From sequence record PZ386971.1: a stretch of 64,000 nt of DNA. The stretch is one strand, 5' to 3'. Made by a program: the position numbers and the translations under genes. The notes under the pieces were generated by a model, which saw nothing but the letters and a program-made list of their open reading frames with translations, was not told where the DNA came from and made no database searches. The number at the start of each line of letters is the position of its first letter. The first letter of the stretch is position 1. The stretch is from a phage. Positions 37,630 to 47,860 of the stretch are shown here, in pieces.

Positions 37630-39450
37630 AAATTATTGTGTGACCAACCAAGGACTGTCAACCCTTTATCCCGTTTGTGCATGATCAGTTCATACAGGCC
37701 TCTTTGTGCTGCCTCACGGCATGCGCTTCTGTTGGTCATTGGCTTACACTGTGGCCTCACAACAGGCGTTTATTTTTCCAGGGCTTTCCACTTACAAGTC
37801 TTAACCAGACCGGGATACGGGCTTGTAAGATCGGGTTGGACACAACTTTGAGGACACTGACGACGTATACGAGTCACCCATAACAGATATTCGGATGCCA
37901 GTGTCCTCAAAGTTGCAACCAATGTCGCAACTCGCAGCTTCCATACAGAAGCAACTTGTCCTCTAACGCTCGGACCAAACGAGGCTGGCTGGTTGATTCA
38001 GAGCCGCTGGTTGCTCCAGCAAGCATGGGTTGATAGCCCGGCAACATAGAATCACCCAAAGATGAAGAACATTCATGACTCACATCACACCACGAATGGC
38101 CTGAAAGAGAATCGAACTCTTTAAATACTCTTCATTTTGTGAACTTGAGAATACTACGCCTGTCTCGGGTTTCCCCTTAGTTCGGCCTCCCAGTCCTCGC
38201 CGCGCCGGGTAGCTAACCCTGATGGCTCGTCTGCTACTGAGTTCTTCTTGGTGCCCACCAGTGTCCGGAATGTGTAGACATCGCAATCTGCAAGGCATGG
38301 TCTATTTCACCCAATGCTCTCTCAAGTTCACAAATCGAAGTGCCCTGACTCAACAGTATGGCCCAATATGCTGTTATCGTCCACCGGATTGGCCGCCCAA
38401 TTTGTAGATCAACCTTTGGGTTTAAGATAAATTGTCAAGGCACTTCGATTTGTGTGCCCTTCACCTGCCAGGGATCAGGGCTGATGGCAAGACTTCGCTC
38501 ACATCTTTCAAGATACTCGTGAGAATATCCTCAAAGATGTGGAGCCGTTTTAGGGAGTCGAACCCAAATGCTCGGCCAGCGCTGACCTTACATCCCATCT
38601 GACTTAGGCAACCCACCTCTGCTTACTCAGGAGCTTATCCCCTTTGGACAGTCAGATATAACGGCATTGTCGACGGGAGCTTATTAATCACACCCTCCCG
38701 TCTATTGTTAGTGCGCCGAATTTGTTGATGAGGAATCGGAAGACCTCACTGACTTATAGGCTATTACGCCGCCATCAGAACTTCGGAATCATTAGCAGTT
38801 ATTTGCTTGGTCAGTTTCTAAAACCCGCAAAGTCACGCACAACGAAAACGAAAACCTGTTTGAGTCCTAAACGTACCTGTCTTGGTCTCACAACACTATG
38901 AGTGGCCAGGACTCAAACAGCTTGCCGTTCAGTGGGTTAACTATACTTTGTAACCCGTTATTGATAAAACCTTTTATTTTTGTTGGCGAGGGCGTCACCA
39001 TCGATTTACCGGAACTTACGCATCCGGCCTCGCCTGTTGGTGCTCCTTCGAATCCGGGAAGATTAGTAGGAACTATGAATCAAGTTAATTCGACCAACAG
39101 GAACCTTGTTGCCCTTTGACGCAACATTATGAACCCTCTGTGAAGACTCATAATGTTGTCGGCGTGATGGAGATTAGCGCCCCCGACCTCCCCTTATACG
39201 TTGGTGTCGACTTGCCAACAGGGTGCTCTCTGATTCTGAGCTAATCACGCTACAACAGGGAGTTTCGTTCTCCGACGGTCAGTGCGTCCACCGACACCAG
39301 CGAGGTTGATATTACGCCTCTATTCGTCACGGTGCCCTGAGACTGGGCTTTCCTGGTTTCGGGTTCCAACCCTACTCCCACCGCGCTATTCGCCTCGTGT
39401 TTAATACTTTACTACAGCCCAACTAATTTGAAAAGTCCTCTCCTCTTTGA
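37630..39450. other. ORF-poor, hairpin-rich region with tRNA-like fragments (possible ncRNAs or degenerate tRNAs)
   Basis: About 1.8 kb with only short overlapping ORFs; 12-16 bp perfect inverted repeats at 37848/37899, 38329/38440, 38868/38905; T-loop-like GGGTTCGACTCCC at 38552-38566. Confidence 0.3.
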
Positions 39451-39451
39451 G

Positions 39452-39598
39452 CTACACTGCCCACAGCAGTGCGGACGAACCTGAACTCAAAACCGGATGC
39501 GCCGAAGTGGGCGTCTGTTTACCGGACTGATCGGGTCGACCCAGGAGAGAGCAGGTAATCCCGATCAGAAGGATGAGGAGTAACATCATGTAAAACAT
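39452..39598 (-). CDS. small hydrophobic peptide (48 aa; signal-peptide or TM-like)
   Basis: ATG at 39598 preceded by GGGAGGG; N-terminus MFYMMLLLILLIGITC; below the ORF-track length cutoff. Confidence 0.35.
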   Translation of the reverse strand: MFYMMLLLILLIGITCSLLGRPDQSGKQTPTSAHPVLSSGSSALLWAV

Positions 39599-39655
39599 AG
39601 TGTTCCCTCCCTTCCATGCAAATAACTTTACTGCAATTATTTATTGAATAAAGCG

Positions 39656-40225
39656 TTATTTTAACACTTCTAACTTCACAACACGACGCAGAAGGTAAAC
39701 ATATTCGCCAGCAGCTTCATGCGTCATATAATGGGTAGAAGGTGTGGAATGAGTGTTCTGGGTTTCTTTTAATCCAACGCGTTCAGCCCAACCATTAATA
39801 GAGTTTCCATAGAAACCGATAATCGCGCCAAAATAAATGCGCCCGCTTTCTGGCTCTAAAACGTAGTTGACAGTGAAGCAAATGTCCGAACGAATAGACT
39901 CCAGTTTCATACCAACACGACCTTCAGAGAATTCGTTACGAACATATAAATGACGGAAACGATTACGCCGCGCTTGTGATGATTCTTCCATTTCTTGTCG
40001 AAGCGAAGAAGTTATGTCAATATTAAATGAAAATGTTGGATTTCGTAAATCAGAACGGGCCAACTCTAAGGCAGATTCAATAACGCGACGGAAATTGATA
40101 CTTTTACCTGTCAGGCGTTTCACTTCTTCGGTGATTGTTCCAAAAGGGATTTTCGTGGCGCGTTCCCCTTCGTATTTTGCTAACAAAGGAATAATGTGTT
40201 TCATAATTGCTGTGTTAATGTGCAT
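39656..40225 (-). CDS. hypothetical protein
   Basis: 189-aa ORF, last minus-strand gene before the divergent region. Confidence 0.5.
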   Translation of the reverse strand: MHINTAIMKHIIPLLAKYEGERATKIPFGTITEEVKRLTGKSINFRRVIESALELARSDLRNPTFSFNIDITSSLRQEMEESSQARRNRFRHLYVRNEFSEGRVGMKLESIRSDICFTVNYVLEPESGRIYFGAIIGFYGNSINGWAERVGLKETQNTHSTPSTHYMTHEAAGEYVYLLRRVVKLEVLK

Positions 40226-40543
40226 TCCGGAGCCTCACTCGATTGATTAAATGTCTCCGTTATTATATTGGGAGTATGTTTATTGAATATAAACACAGGA
40301 ATGACCAACAAAATAGGAGCGCGGTTTATTAATAGGTAAAAACTACTTTTCTACAACATCAAGAAACTGTATCCTAACGCAGTGCCCTTCGAGTTGTGAG
40401 TGTCAACGAACAACGAGAAGCAGCCTCCATGGCTGTGGAATGGTGCTGCCCGCATAGGGCGGTGTTACGAGCGAGGGCGTCAGCCCCCTCGCGAGTTATA
40501 TTCGAATAAATTAAACGCGCGCGAGAGTTTTGATTCCCGTTGG

Positions 40544-40552
40544 CTAAATATC
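40544..40552 (+). promoter_or_regulatory. candidate late promoter (CTAAATAtc)
   Basis: Motif about 40 nt upstream of the gp6-like start. Confidence 0.35.
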
Positions 40553-40590
40553 TTCAACACCATATTCAAACTCAGGTGATGGAGATTATC

Positions 40591-42369
40591 ATGGCCACGC
40601 AAACAGTCCCTTCACTCGATGTCAGGGCTTTCGAGTATCTTATCAAGAAGCGCATGAAAGCTGATCCAACTTTCAAGGATTATGACTTTGAAGGTTCTGG
40701 TCTCAGTGCAATCGTGCGTATCTTGGCCTCGGATGCCAACTCTATCGGGTTCATGCAGAACATGCTGAATGGCGAAAGCCATCTTCACTCTGCTCAACAG
40801 CGTTCTAATGTCGGTCTTGCGGCCGGGTTCTTGTCGTACACCCCTCACAACTACCAGGCGGCGTACCTGTACGCAAACGTCACAGTCACTCCATATGACG
40901 CCAGCACGGCTCCGGACACGATTATAATGGATCGCCGCGCGATGTTCATTGGGGCGAAGGATGGCAAATCCTACAACTTCACGGTTGACCAACCTGTGAG
41001 TGCCTCTCTTGTAGACGGCTCTTACAAGTTCGAGAACATCAAACTCGTACAGGGCAACTGGCTATACAAGTCCTATGACGTGGAAGGCAGCGCGATCTCT
41101 ACCTATGTGATCCCATCTTCTTCCGTGGACATCGACCATATGGTGGTGCAGGTGCAGGAATCTGAGACATCTGACGTGCGGTCTACCTTCTCACGATATG
41201 TCAGCCCGTTCGATTTGAGCCAGTATGCGCAACTCTACTTCGTTGAGCTGGGGTTGGACGGGATGTATACGTTCGAATTCGGTGATGGGTATATCTGTAA
41301 GCGAGTAGAAGACGGGAACGTCGTGTACCTCCAGTATCTGGAGACAGCTGGTGCGGACGGCAATGACATCACTGCCTTGTCCTCCGCGTCTTCCATCGGG
41401 GGATTCAACCTTGTAGATGTTGAGCTGGTGTCAGAACGTTCTTCCGGTGGTGCGGACCCGGAGAGCATTGAGGACATCAAGCGCCTTGCTCCGCTGGCTT
41501 ATCAGGCTGAGGGTGCGGCGGTAGCTGAAGTCGATTATGCTGTGTTGACCGAGCGTCTGTTCTCCAACGTCTCCCGCGCCAAAGCATATGGCGGAGACAC
41601 GCTCTCTCCGCCCGACTCCGGATACGTTTACATTGCTGTGGTGCCTTCTGTTGGTGAGACGCTCTCGGACGCCGAGAAGGCAGATATCGTGGCGAAGTTG
41701 GACAAGTACAATGTGGGCACGATCACACCCAAGATTGTCGACGCTGAACTGACTTATGTTGATGTCACCACCCGCGTGTTCTGGGATCCGACTTCCACGA
41801 CTTACACCGAAGAGCAGTTGAAGACAGTCGTGAAGAACGGTGTTGTCAACTGGGGCTTGGGGAACCTAGAAGGATTCGACGAACTGTTCGATAAAGAGCA
41901 GTTGCAGTCGGCCATCACCGACATGGACAGATCGATAGTGTCAAACATCACTTCTGTGAAGTATAAGCGCCATTTCAAGCCAGACTATGGGGTACTGGAC
42001 AGCTTCACATTCGATTATGGGCGCTCGATTGCGTCTGGTTCTGTGCGTATCAGTGGGTTTAAGCCGCTTCCGGCCGAGGTCGAATTCACTTACTACATAC
42101 GCGACGTCAGTGGTGTCCTGAATATGTACAAGGTGAGTACAACAGACACGACCAAGGAATATCTGGTACAAGCTGTTGGAATGGTTGATTATGTGACTGG
42201 CGTTGTTGAACTCCAGCGTATCATAGTATCCAACTACAACACTGAGGGTGTGACAATAATTGTGTCTCCAGACGGTCTTGACCAGAACATACAGGCCACA
42301 CAGAATCAGGTGCTCCGCATCGGTGCTGTAACTGTGGAGCCGGAGGTGCGTTATGTCCAAAGATCTTAA
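40591..42369 (+). CDS. baseplate wedge protein (T4 gp6-like)
   Basis: Start at ATG 40591 behind GGAGA; N-terminal DYDFEGSGLSAIVRIL matches a conserved gp6 N-terminal motif as recalled. Confidence 0.55.
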   Translation: MATQTVPSLDVRAFEYLIKKRMKADPTFKDYDFEGSGLSAIVRILASDANSIGFMQNMLNGESHLHSAQQRSNVGLAAGFLSYTPHNYQAAYLYANVTVTPYDASTAPDTIIMDRRAMFIGAKDGKSYNFTVDQPVSASLVDGSYKFENIKLVQGNWLYKSYDVEGSAISTYVIPSSSVDIDHMVVQVQESETSDVRSTFSRYVSPFDLSQYAQLYFVELGLDGMYTFEFGDGYICKRVEDGNVVYLQYLETAGADGNDITALSSASSIGGFNLVDVELVSERSSGGADPESIEDIKRLAPLAYQAEGAAVAEVDYAVLTERLFSNVSRAKAYGGDTLSPPDSGYVYIAVVPSVGETLSDAEKADIVAKLDKYNVGTITPKIVDAELTYVDVTTRVFWDPTSTTYTEEQLKTVVKNGVVNWGLGNLEGFDELFDKEQLQSAITDMDRSIVSNITSVKYKRHFKPDYGVLDSFTFDYGRSIASGSVRISGFKPLPAEVEFTYYIRDVSGVLNMYKVSTTDTTKEYLVQAVGMVDYVTGVVELQRIIVSNYNTEGVTIIVSPDGLDQNIQATQNQVLRIGAVTVEPEVRYVQRS

Positions 42370-43207
42370 TAACGGACACAATGGGGTGAAATATGAAACC
42401 CCATTGTTTTACCAGAATGAATTCCCAGTATTCATCGAGTTTATGGATACGTTCTTCAACTGGTTGTATCGCCAGCAGGGATTCACCGAAGAGGAGATCT
42501 TGGCGTATCTGGCAGACACTGGTGGCTGGGTGAACCCAAATACGGATCAGTCTCCTATTGAGCAGTTGATTGACATCAAGAAGCGCAAGACGCCAGGTAC
42601 TGAGGCCAAAGACTTCTTGGAAGACAAGTTCCTGACGCGCACGTTTGAGAACATGATGGCGCTAGACTTCGAAGATTTGCTGGACGTGGACGGTCGGCCA
42701 TTAATCTCAATGGAAGACAAGAACGAACGCATCGACGATTGGTATGCTGATTTTGGATTCCAGAGAACGGTTGATAAGTCCTTCCTGGAGTTCGGGAAGT
42801 TTGTGCCAGTTGGTTCGGACAGTTTGGTGACTTCAGACGGAGACACTCTCTCTGTGTATGTCGAGGGAACTGAACGCCGGACACTGGACCATGTACGCTG
42901 GTTGAAGTTACTTAAACACATTTATCGCATTCGCGGGACGAAGAAAGCGATTGAATTGTTCTTCTGGATTTACTTTGGTTGCCCAGTGAGTGTGTATTAT
43001 CCCAAGGAAGAAATTGGTGGCCTGGATGACAACTTTGAATGTGACGGCGCGACAGGAATGCGTGACGATTACTACTATGATGAATTCACGTATGTGATAA
43101 GAGTTCCTGGCAACGTATCTGATTTTGAAGGTGTGTTTGATCGCGTCTTCCGTCAGCATTTCCATCCTGCTGGGTTTACTGTATTCCTAGAAAGTTCAAG
43201 GAGTTAA
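42353..43207 (+). CDS. putative baseplate-associated structural protein
   Basis: 284-aa ORF overlapping the gp6-like gene end and abutting the tail-fiber gene. Confidence 0.45.
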   Translation: MSKDLNNGHNGVKYETPLFYQNEFPVFIEFMDTFFNWLYRQQGFTEEEILAYLADTGGWVNPNTDQSPIEQLIDIKKRKTPGTEAKDFLEDKFLTRTFENMMALDFEDLLDVDGRPLISMEDKNERIDDWYADFGFQRTVDKSFLEFGKFVPVGSDSLVTSDGDTLSVYVEGTERRTLDHVRWLKLLKHIYRIRGTKKAIELFFWIYFGCPVSVYYPKEEIGGLDDNFECDGATGMRDDYYYDEFTYVIRVPGNVSDFEGVFDRVFRQHFHPAGFTVFLESSRS

Positions 43208-43209
43208 AA

Positions 43210-44400
43210 ATGGCCGATTTTCTGAGTCGATACACAGGTCAGCAGATTGATGCAATCCTTTCTTCTGTTGACGATAAAATAAGCAAGACTGATGTTGTCA
43301 ACGATTTCGCTGTTGATGATCCGTTGTTCCCTCCTTCAGCTCATTTGACATACGAGCTGAAGCGTTCTGTGGATAAAATCTACGACACACTGGAAAACAA
43401 AGTGATCCGCACCGACGGTGGTGAACAAACGATCAACGGGAACAAGACCTTTGCTGCGTTATTGACAGCCAACGGCGGCCTGACTGTTCCGGCTGGGAAG
43501 AAACTGTCTATCGCGGATGAGCCTATAGTAGCGACAGATGGTGTTAACCTGAGCATGTTGAGAAAGCATGGTGTCAGTGAAGACACTACCCCGCCTGGTT
43601 CTGGTTTGGCTGGGGAGTTGTTGACATCCGGATATTACAAATTCAATTTGGATTTCACCAGATTGTCTGCGTATACCGGATCAACGTTGCCGACTTCAAT
43701 TCCAGTACAAACAGATTCTGGAGCGCGTTATTGGACAATGACTGCATTTTTTGATGCGTTGTTCGCAGACAACCGATTTAATGGATATGTGACAACGACA
43801 GCGTATGACGCAGATATGCTGAGTCTAGAGTCCCAGATTAATAACATCAACACATCGTTGAACGGGAAAGTCAACACATCGACTTACAACACTAAGATGG
43901 CGTCGTTGGATTTGAGTATCTCCAATATCAATACGTCTCTGGGTAATAAAGTCGAGGTCAGCACGTACAACACGAAGATGACATCTCTGGATAACAGCAT
44001 CAGTTCTCTTTCCAGTGATAAAGTTAATGTATCAACGTATAATGCCAAGATGACCTCTGTCGACAATAGTTTAGGGAACGCCGTTTATCGTACCAAAACG
44101 AATTTGTCTTCTTACACGGTTTCGGCTTCTGGGACGACGGCTCTTCCAGATTTTGATTTGGTGAACCTTTGTCAAATACTGGTGACCGCGCAATGGGGAA
44201 CAGGTAACGTTGTTGATACATATCGAGTAACCATAACTCGCGACGGAACTATCAAATCGGAGTTGTTGGTTCAGAAAAGTACGAGCGGTACAGTGACGTT
44301 CACAGGGGCTGTGGTGGGTGGTAAATTGAGAATTTCCGTTGTTAATGCGAATACAACAACTGCTTGTTCGGTCGATTATTCTATTGTAGCTTCTTTCTAA
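43210..44400 (+). CDS. tail fiber protein with internal tandem repeats
   Basis: N-terminal fiber-like segment (VIRTDGGEQTINGNKTF); three tandem ~21-aa repeats (NINTSLxxKVxxSTYNTKMxSLD). Confidence 0.6.
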   Translation: MADFLSRYTGQQIDAILSSVDDKISKTDVVNDFAVDDPLFPPSAHLTYELKRSVDKIYDTLENKVIRTDGGEQTINGNKTFAALLTANGGLTVPAGKKLSIADEPIVATDGVNLSMLRKHGVSEDTTPPGSGLAGELLTSGYYKFNLDFTRLSAYTGSTLPTSIPVQTDSGARYWTMTAFFDALFADNRFNGYVTTTAYDADMLSLESQINNINTSLNGKVNTSTYNTKMASLDLSISNINTSLGNKVEVSTYNTKMTSLDNSISSLSSDKVNVSTYNAKMTSVDNSLGNAVYRTKTNLSSYTVSASGTTALPDFDLVNLCQILVTAQWGTGNVVDTYRVTITRDGTIKSELLVQKSTSGTVTFTGAVVGGKLRISVVNANTTTACSVDYSIVASF

Positions 44401-44408
44401 AGTGAAAA

Positions 44409-44417
44409 CTAAATACC
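44409..44417 (+). promoter_or_regulatory. candidate late promoter (CTAAATAcc) with downstream leader hairpin
   Basis: Motif followed by perfect inverted repeat tacccta...taggggta just upstream of ATG 44453. Confidence 0.4.
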
Positions 44418-44452
44418 CCTAGATGAAACGAACACATTTAGGGGTATTTGAA

Positions 44453-47400
44453 ATGGCTAATAAACCAACACAGCCTGTTTTCCCTCTCGGTCTGGTGGCT
44501 GAAGAGCAGTCTACTTTGGCTGGTGTCGTCAACAAGGGTACGATTGAGCATGGACCAGATGCTGTCCTGACTTTACCCGAGGGTAATGCCAGCGCAGGAC
44601 TCCCGTCTTCCGTTCGCTACAATGCCGACTCCGACGAATTTGAGGGCTTCTATGAAAATGGTGGATGGTTGCCGCTGGGTGGCGGTGGTATCCGCTGGGA
44701 AGTCCTTCCGCATGCCTCTACGGTAATGCTCACTGAAGGGCGAGGCTATCTCATTAATAATACCACAGGGGCATCTACAGTGGTTCTCCCTTCCCCTACG
44801 CGTATTGGGGATTCCGTTACTATTTGTGATGCTTATGGGAAATTTGCCACTTACCCATTGACCGTGTCTCCTTCTGGAAATAATTTGTATGGCTCCACTG
44901 AAGACATGGCTATAACAACTGATAACGTATCAGCAACGTTCACTTGGTCTGGGCCTGAACAAGGTTGGATTATTACATCCGGCGTCGGTCTTGGCCAAGG
45001 CCGTGTCTACAGTCGTGAAATCTTTACAAAAATTTTGGCGTCTGAAACAAGTACTGTCACTCTCAATACTCCACCAACAATCGTGGACGTGTATGCTGAC
45101 GGAAAACGCCTTGCGGAATCCAAATATTCACTAGATGGGAATGTAATCACTTTCAGTCCTTCTTTGCCAGCCAGCACAGAACTTCAGGTGATTGAATATA
45201 CTCCTATTCAATTGGGTAATGGCGGTGGTTCTAGTTCTTCTACGATTACTTGGGTCTATAATGGGGGTTCAGCGATTGGCGGTGAAACCGAAATCACGTT
45301 GGACGTCGTTGTTGATGATGTTCCGGCCATTGATATAAACGGAAGTCGTCAGTATAAAAATCTGGGATTCACATTCGATCCATTAACCAGTAAAATCACT
45401 CTGGCGCAAGAACTGGAACCAGAAGATGAAGTTGTTGTAATTATCAATGGAACACCAAACATCTATAATCAAATTGATCATACTTTGCGGGAAGTGGCTC
45501 GTGTAACCAATGTTAAAGATACAGAGGTCGTTTATTTTAGTGTTGGTGCTGTGCTAAGCGGGTATAAAGTTATCTATGATAAAGTAACACAGAGATCATA
45601 TTTTATTCCAGAGCTACCGACTGGAACCACGGCAGTCAGCCTTAGTTCTTCGGCTGTACTTGTGCATTCTGCTGGTAGTGTTGATCTGGGCGCATTAGCC
45701 GTATCTCGTGAGGAGTATGTGACCTTACCTGGTTCATTCGATACAGGTGTAACTGTTAATACCAAGAATGAGTTGGTTGTGAGTAACGATATTAAATATC
45801 GTTGGGATGGTTCTGTACCCAAAGTAGTCCCTCCAGAATCTACCCCATTGGGTACAGGAGGTGTTGGTCCAGGGGCATGGCTTGTAGTTGGTGTTGTTGG
45901 ATTAGAGCAACGTTTAGCCTCCTGGAAAGGTTCTTCTCTTATTGATTCCGGTAGTCTGTCTCTTTACAAAAAGAGCGGTGTATTCGGTGATGGTGGGAAT
46001 GTATCCGATAAATATCAGGTTGTTCTACATTCAGATGGGTTCTGGTACAAGTACAATGGGACACTACCTGTTAGTTATGGTGCTGCCCCAGACTCTTCTT
46101 GGACTAACGTTGGTAAGCTAACAGGGTTTAATGAACACTCACCTGAGAATTTTGGTGCAATCCCCAATGACCCTAGTTTTGACTGTTTACCTGCTATAAA
46201 ACTAGCTATAGCCACAGGTACATTAAATCTGAATGGGAATTCTACCTACCACGTAACGGATGAGGTTGTTATACCTTCTTACTTACGTGGGAATCTAAAC
46301 GGGGCAACAATTAAAGCAATTGGCTCCGTATGGCCTACGTTAAAAGCTGTTGTACGCGTTAGTAAATTTCCTGTCGGTACAGCAACAGTGGATGTGGCTA
46401 ATACAGAGAATCAAGTGCGAGGATTACGCTTAATCGGTAGCTTAAACGTAGACTGTGCAGATATTGCATCATATGGTTTTTATGCACGTCTTCTGTGTGC
46501 AGAATCTGAGATGGGTAGCATCTATGCATATAATGCTAATAGATATGGCATTGTAATGTTTGCTTGCTGGTATTTTCAAATGGGCACTCTCCATGCAAAC
46601 AACTGTGCAAGGGGTATGGCATTAGGTTATTCAACAGAAGGTGAGCAAGGGGATACCTATGTGAATGCTACACACTTCCCTCACATTAGTGCATGGGGTA
46701 CTGATAAGTCTACGGGACTAGGTTATGACCCAATCACGGATGATGCGAGTAAATATACAATAGGTGCTGGTATTATCTTAGGTCGTGGTTTGTCTACCAG
46801 TGTTGGTGTGATTTGCTCTGAGAATACGGCAGGTGCTGGGGTAGTAACAATGGACCCTGCTGCGTGGGACATTGGGGTCATGTACTGTGAGGGTAATAGT
46901 AAAGACTTTACTCAAGAGGGTGAACCCAAGGTGTCATTGCTGTCATCCAAGGCCAACAGTGAAAGTCATACGCTTACCATCTCCACACTCCACCTTTCCG
47001 CAGGTTGTGGCATTTTAACCAGAAGCAATCAAGAGCGTGTGCTAATCAGAAGTCTATATCGCTTTGATAACGCAAAAACCTTCCACTCTTACTGCACAGC
47101 AGACACAGTAGAGGTTGGTAGCAGCAACTACTATGTACTTAACGGGCATAATTACAATGCACCTGCTGCACTTATTAAGGAACCGCTCAATGTAGACTTT
47201 GTGCGTTCAGGGTTGACTTTAAGTGAGTGGACATCTACAGTTATCGGTCATTTTGCTGGTAGTACAGCAGAACAACAGCTTTATGTTAAGCTCCCAGCAA
47301 GTCCCAGCGGCCTAGATTTACAGATAGATAGTGAGGATGGGACGGAATATATCACTGTAACTGGTACAGATTTTAAAGTCTCTCTAACTAAGAAAAGATT

Positions 47401-47506
47401 GCCTAGTAAACTGTATGAGATAAGGATTGGTGGGGTGTCTACAGTAGCTGTTACCGATTGTTCTATTCTAGTCAGAAGTAAAAAAGGTGATTGGTATTAC
47501 TGGTAG
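44453..47506 (+). CDS. tailspike protein A (N-terminal anchor region, shared ~130-aa module, beta-helix-like C-terminal part)
   Basis: Start set at MANKPTQ downstream of promoter and leader hairpin; shared module at about aa 375-510. Confidence 0.65.
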   Translation: MANKPTQPVFPLGLVAEEQSTLAGVVNKGTIEHGPDAVLTLPEGNASAGLPSSVRYNADSDEFEGFYENGGWLPLGGGGIRWEVLPHASTVMLTEGRGYLINNTTGASTVVLPSPTRIGDSVTICDAYGKFATYPLTVSPSGNNLYGSTEDMAITTDNVSATFTWSGPEQGWIITSGVGLGQGRVYSREIFTKILASETSTVTLNTPPTIVDVYADGKRLAESKYSLDGNVITFSPSLPASTELQVIEYTPIQLGNGGGSSSSTITWVYNGGSAIGGETEITLDVVVDDVPAIDINGSRQYKNLGFTFDPLTSKITLAQELEPEDEVVVIINGTPNIYNQIDHTLREVARVTNVKDTEVVYFSVGAVLSGYKVIYDKVTQRSYFIPELPTGTTAVSLSSSAVLVHSAGSVDLGALAVSREEYVTLPGSFDTGVTVNTKNELVVSNDIKYRWDGSVPKVVPPESTPLGTGGVGPGAWLVVGVVGLEQRLASWKGSSLIDSGSLSLYKKSGVFGDGGNVSDKYQVVLHSDGFWYKYNGTLPVSYGAAPDSSWTNVGKLTGFNEHSPENFGAIPNDPSFDCLPAIKLAIATGTLNLNGNSTYHVTDEVVIPSYLRGNLNGATIKAIGSVWPTLKAVVRVSKFPVGTATVDVANTENQVRGLRLIGSLNVDCADIASYGFYARLLCAESEMGSIYAYNANRYGIVMFACWYFQMGTLHANNCARGMALGYSTEGEQGDTYVNATHFPHISAWGTDKSTGLGYDPITDDASKYTIGAGIILGRGLSTSVGVICSENTAGAGVVTMDPAAWDIGVMYCEGNSKDFTQEGEPKVSLLSSKANSESHTLTISTLHLSAGCGILTRSNQERVLIRSLYRFDNAKTFHSYCTADTVEVGSSNYYVLNGHNYNAPAALIKEPLNVDFVRSGLTLSEWTSTVIGHFAGSTAEQQLYVKLPASPSGLDLQIDSEDGTEYITVTGTDFKVSLTKKRLPSKLYEIRIGGVSTVAVTDCSILVRSKKGDWYYW

Positions 47507-47513
47507 TATAATA

Positions 47514-47542
47514 AAAAGCCCCCAATTTTGGGGGCTTTTATT
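47514..47542 (+). terminator. intrinsic terminator after tailspike A
   Basis: gccccc-aatttt-gggggc hairpin then TTTTATT. Confidence 0.6.
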
Positions 47543-47570
47543 ATATAGAGTTTACTGTTTTCATTACCCT
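47536..47570. repeat. conserved ~35-bp element downstream of tailspike terminators (copy 1)
   Basis: ttttatatagagtttactgttttcattaccct; near-identical copy at 55206-55240. Confidence 0.5.
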
Positions 47571-47762
47571 GATTGATAATGCTGTTGGCTCTCTCGGGTT
47601 GTCATCAAACGGGTATAAGAACTTTATAGGTGATATCAATGATGGGTCAGCGTATTTTTATTTCGCCAACATAGATGGATCAAGAATATCGGGGTCGTCT
47701 GTTTATGATGGGTGGGGTGATGTTGGTATACATTTTGAAATGTGTCTGGAATAGGAGTGTCA

Positions 47763-47857
47763 AACCCCGCTTTGGCGGGGTTCTTATTATACCTTTGTTC
47801 ATAAATTTGATTAGTTCAGACTAAATACTCCATATTGGTCATCCTTTATGGGGTATT
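47763..47857. repeat. repeated cassette-boundary module (hairpin + late promoter + leader hairpin), copy 1
   Basis: About 95 bp, roughly 85% identical by eye to 50741-50832, immediately upstream of tailspike B. Confidence 0.6.
47821..47829 (+). promoter_or_regulatory. candidate late promoter (CTAAATAct)
   Basis: Within repeated module, 32 nt upstream of ATG 47861. Confidence 0.4.
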
Positions 47858-47860
47858 ATC

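Noticed and set aside
36777-37851. Several 60-130-aa plus-strand ORFs in the tRNA region
   Set aside because: They overlap hand-folded tRNAs and structured non-coding DNA and have no ribosome-binding sites.
38545-38575. tRNA-like T-arm GGGTTCGACTCCC followed by CGGCTCCACA
   Set aside because: No matching 5' acceptor strand found; included only within the structured-region finding.
43840-44070. Possible CRISPR-like array
   Set aside because: The repeats are diverged, in-frame and coding (tail-fiber shaft repeats); no spacer-repeat architecture exists anywhere in the window.
45574-45822. 82-aa minus-strand ORF inside tailspike A (and a similar 117-aa ORF at 53465-53818 inside tailspike D)
   Set aside because: These antisense frames look conserved only because the underlying tailspike DNA module is repeated.
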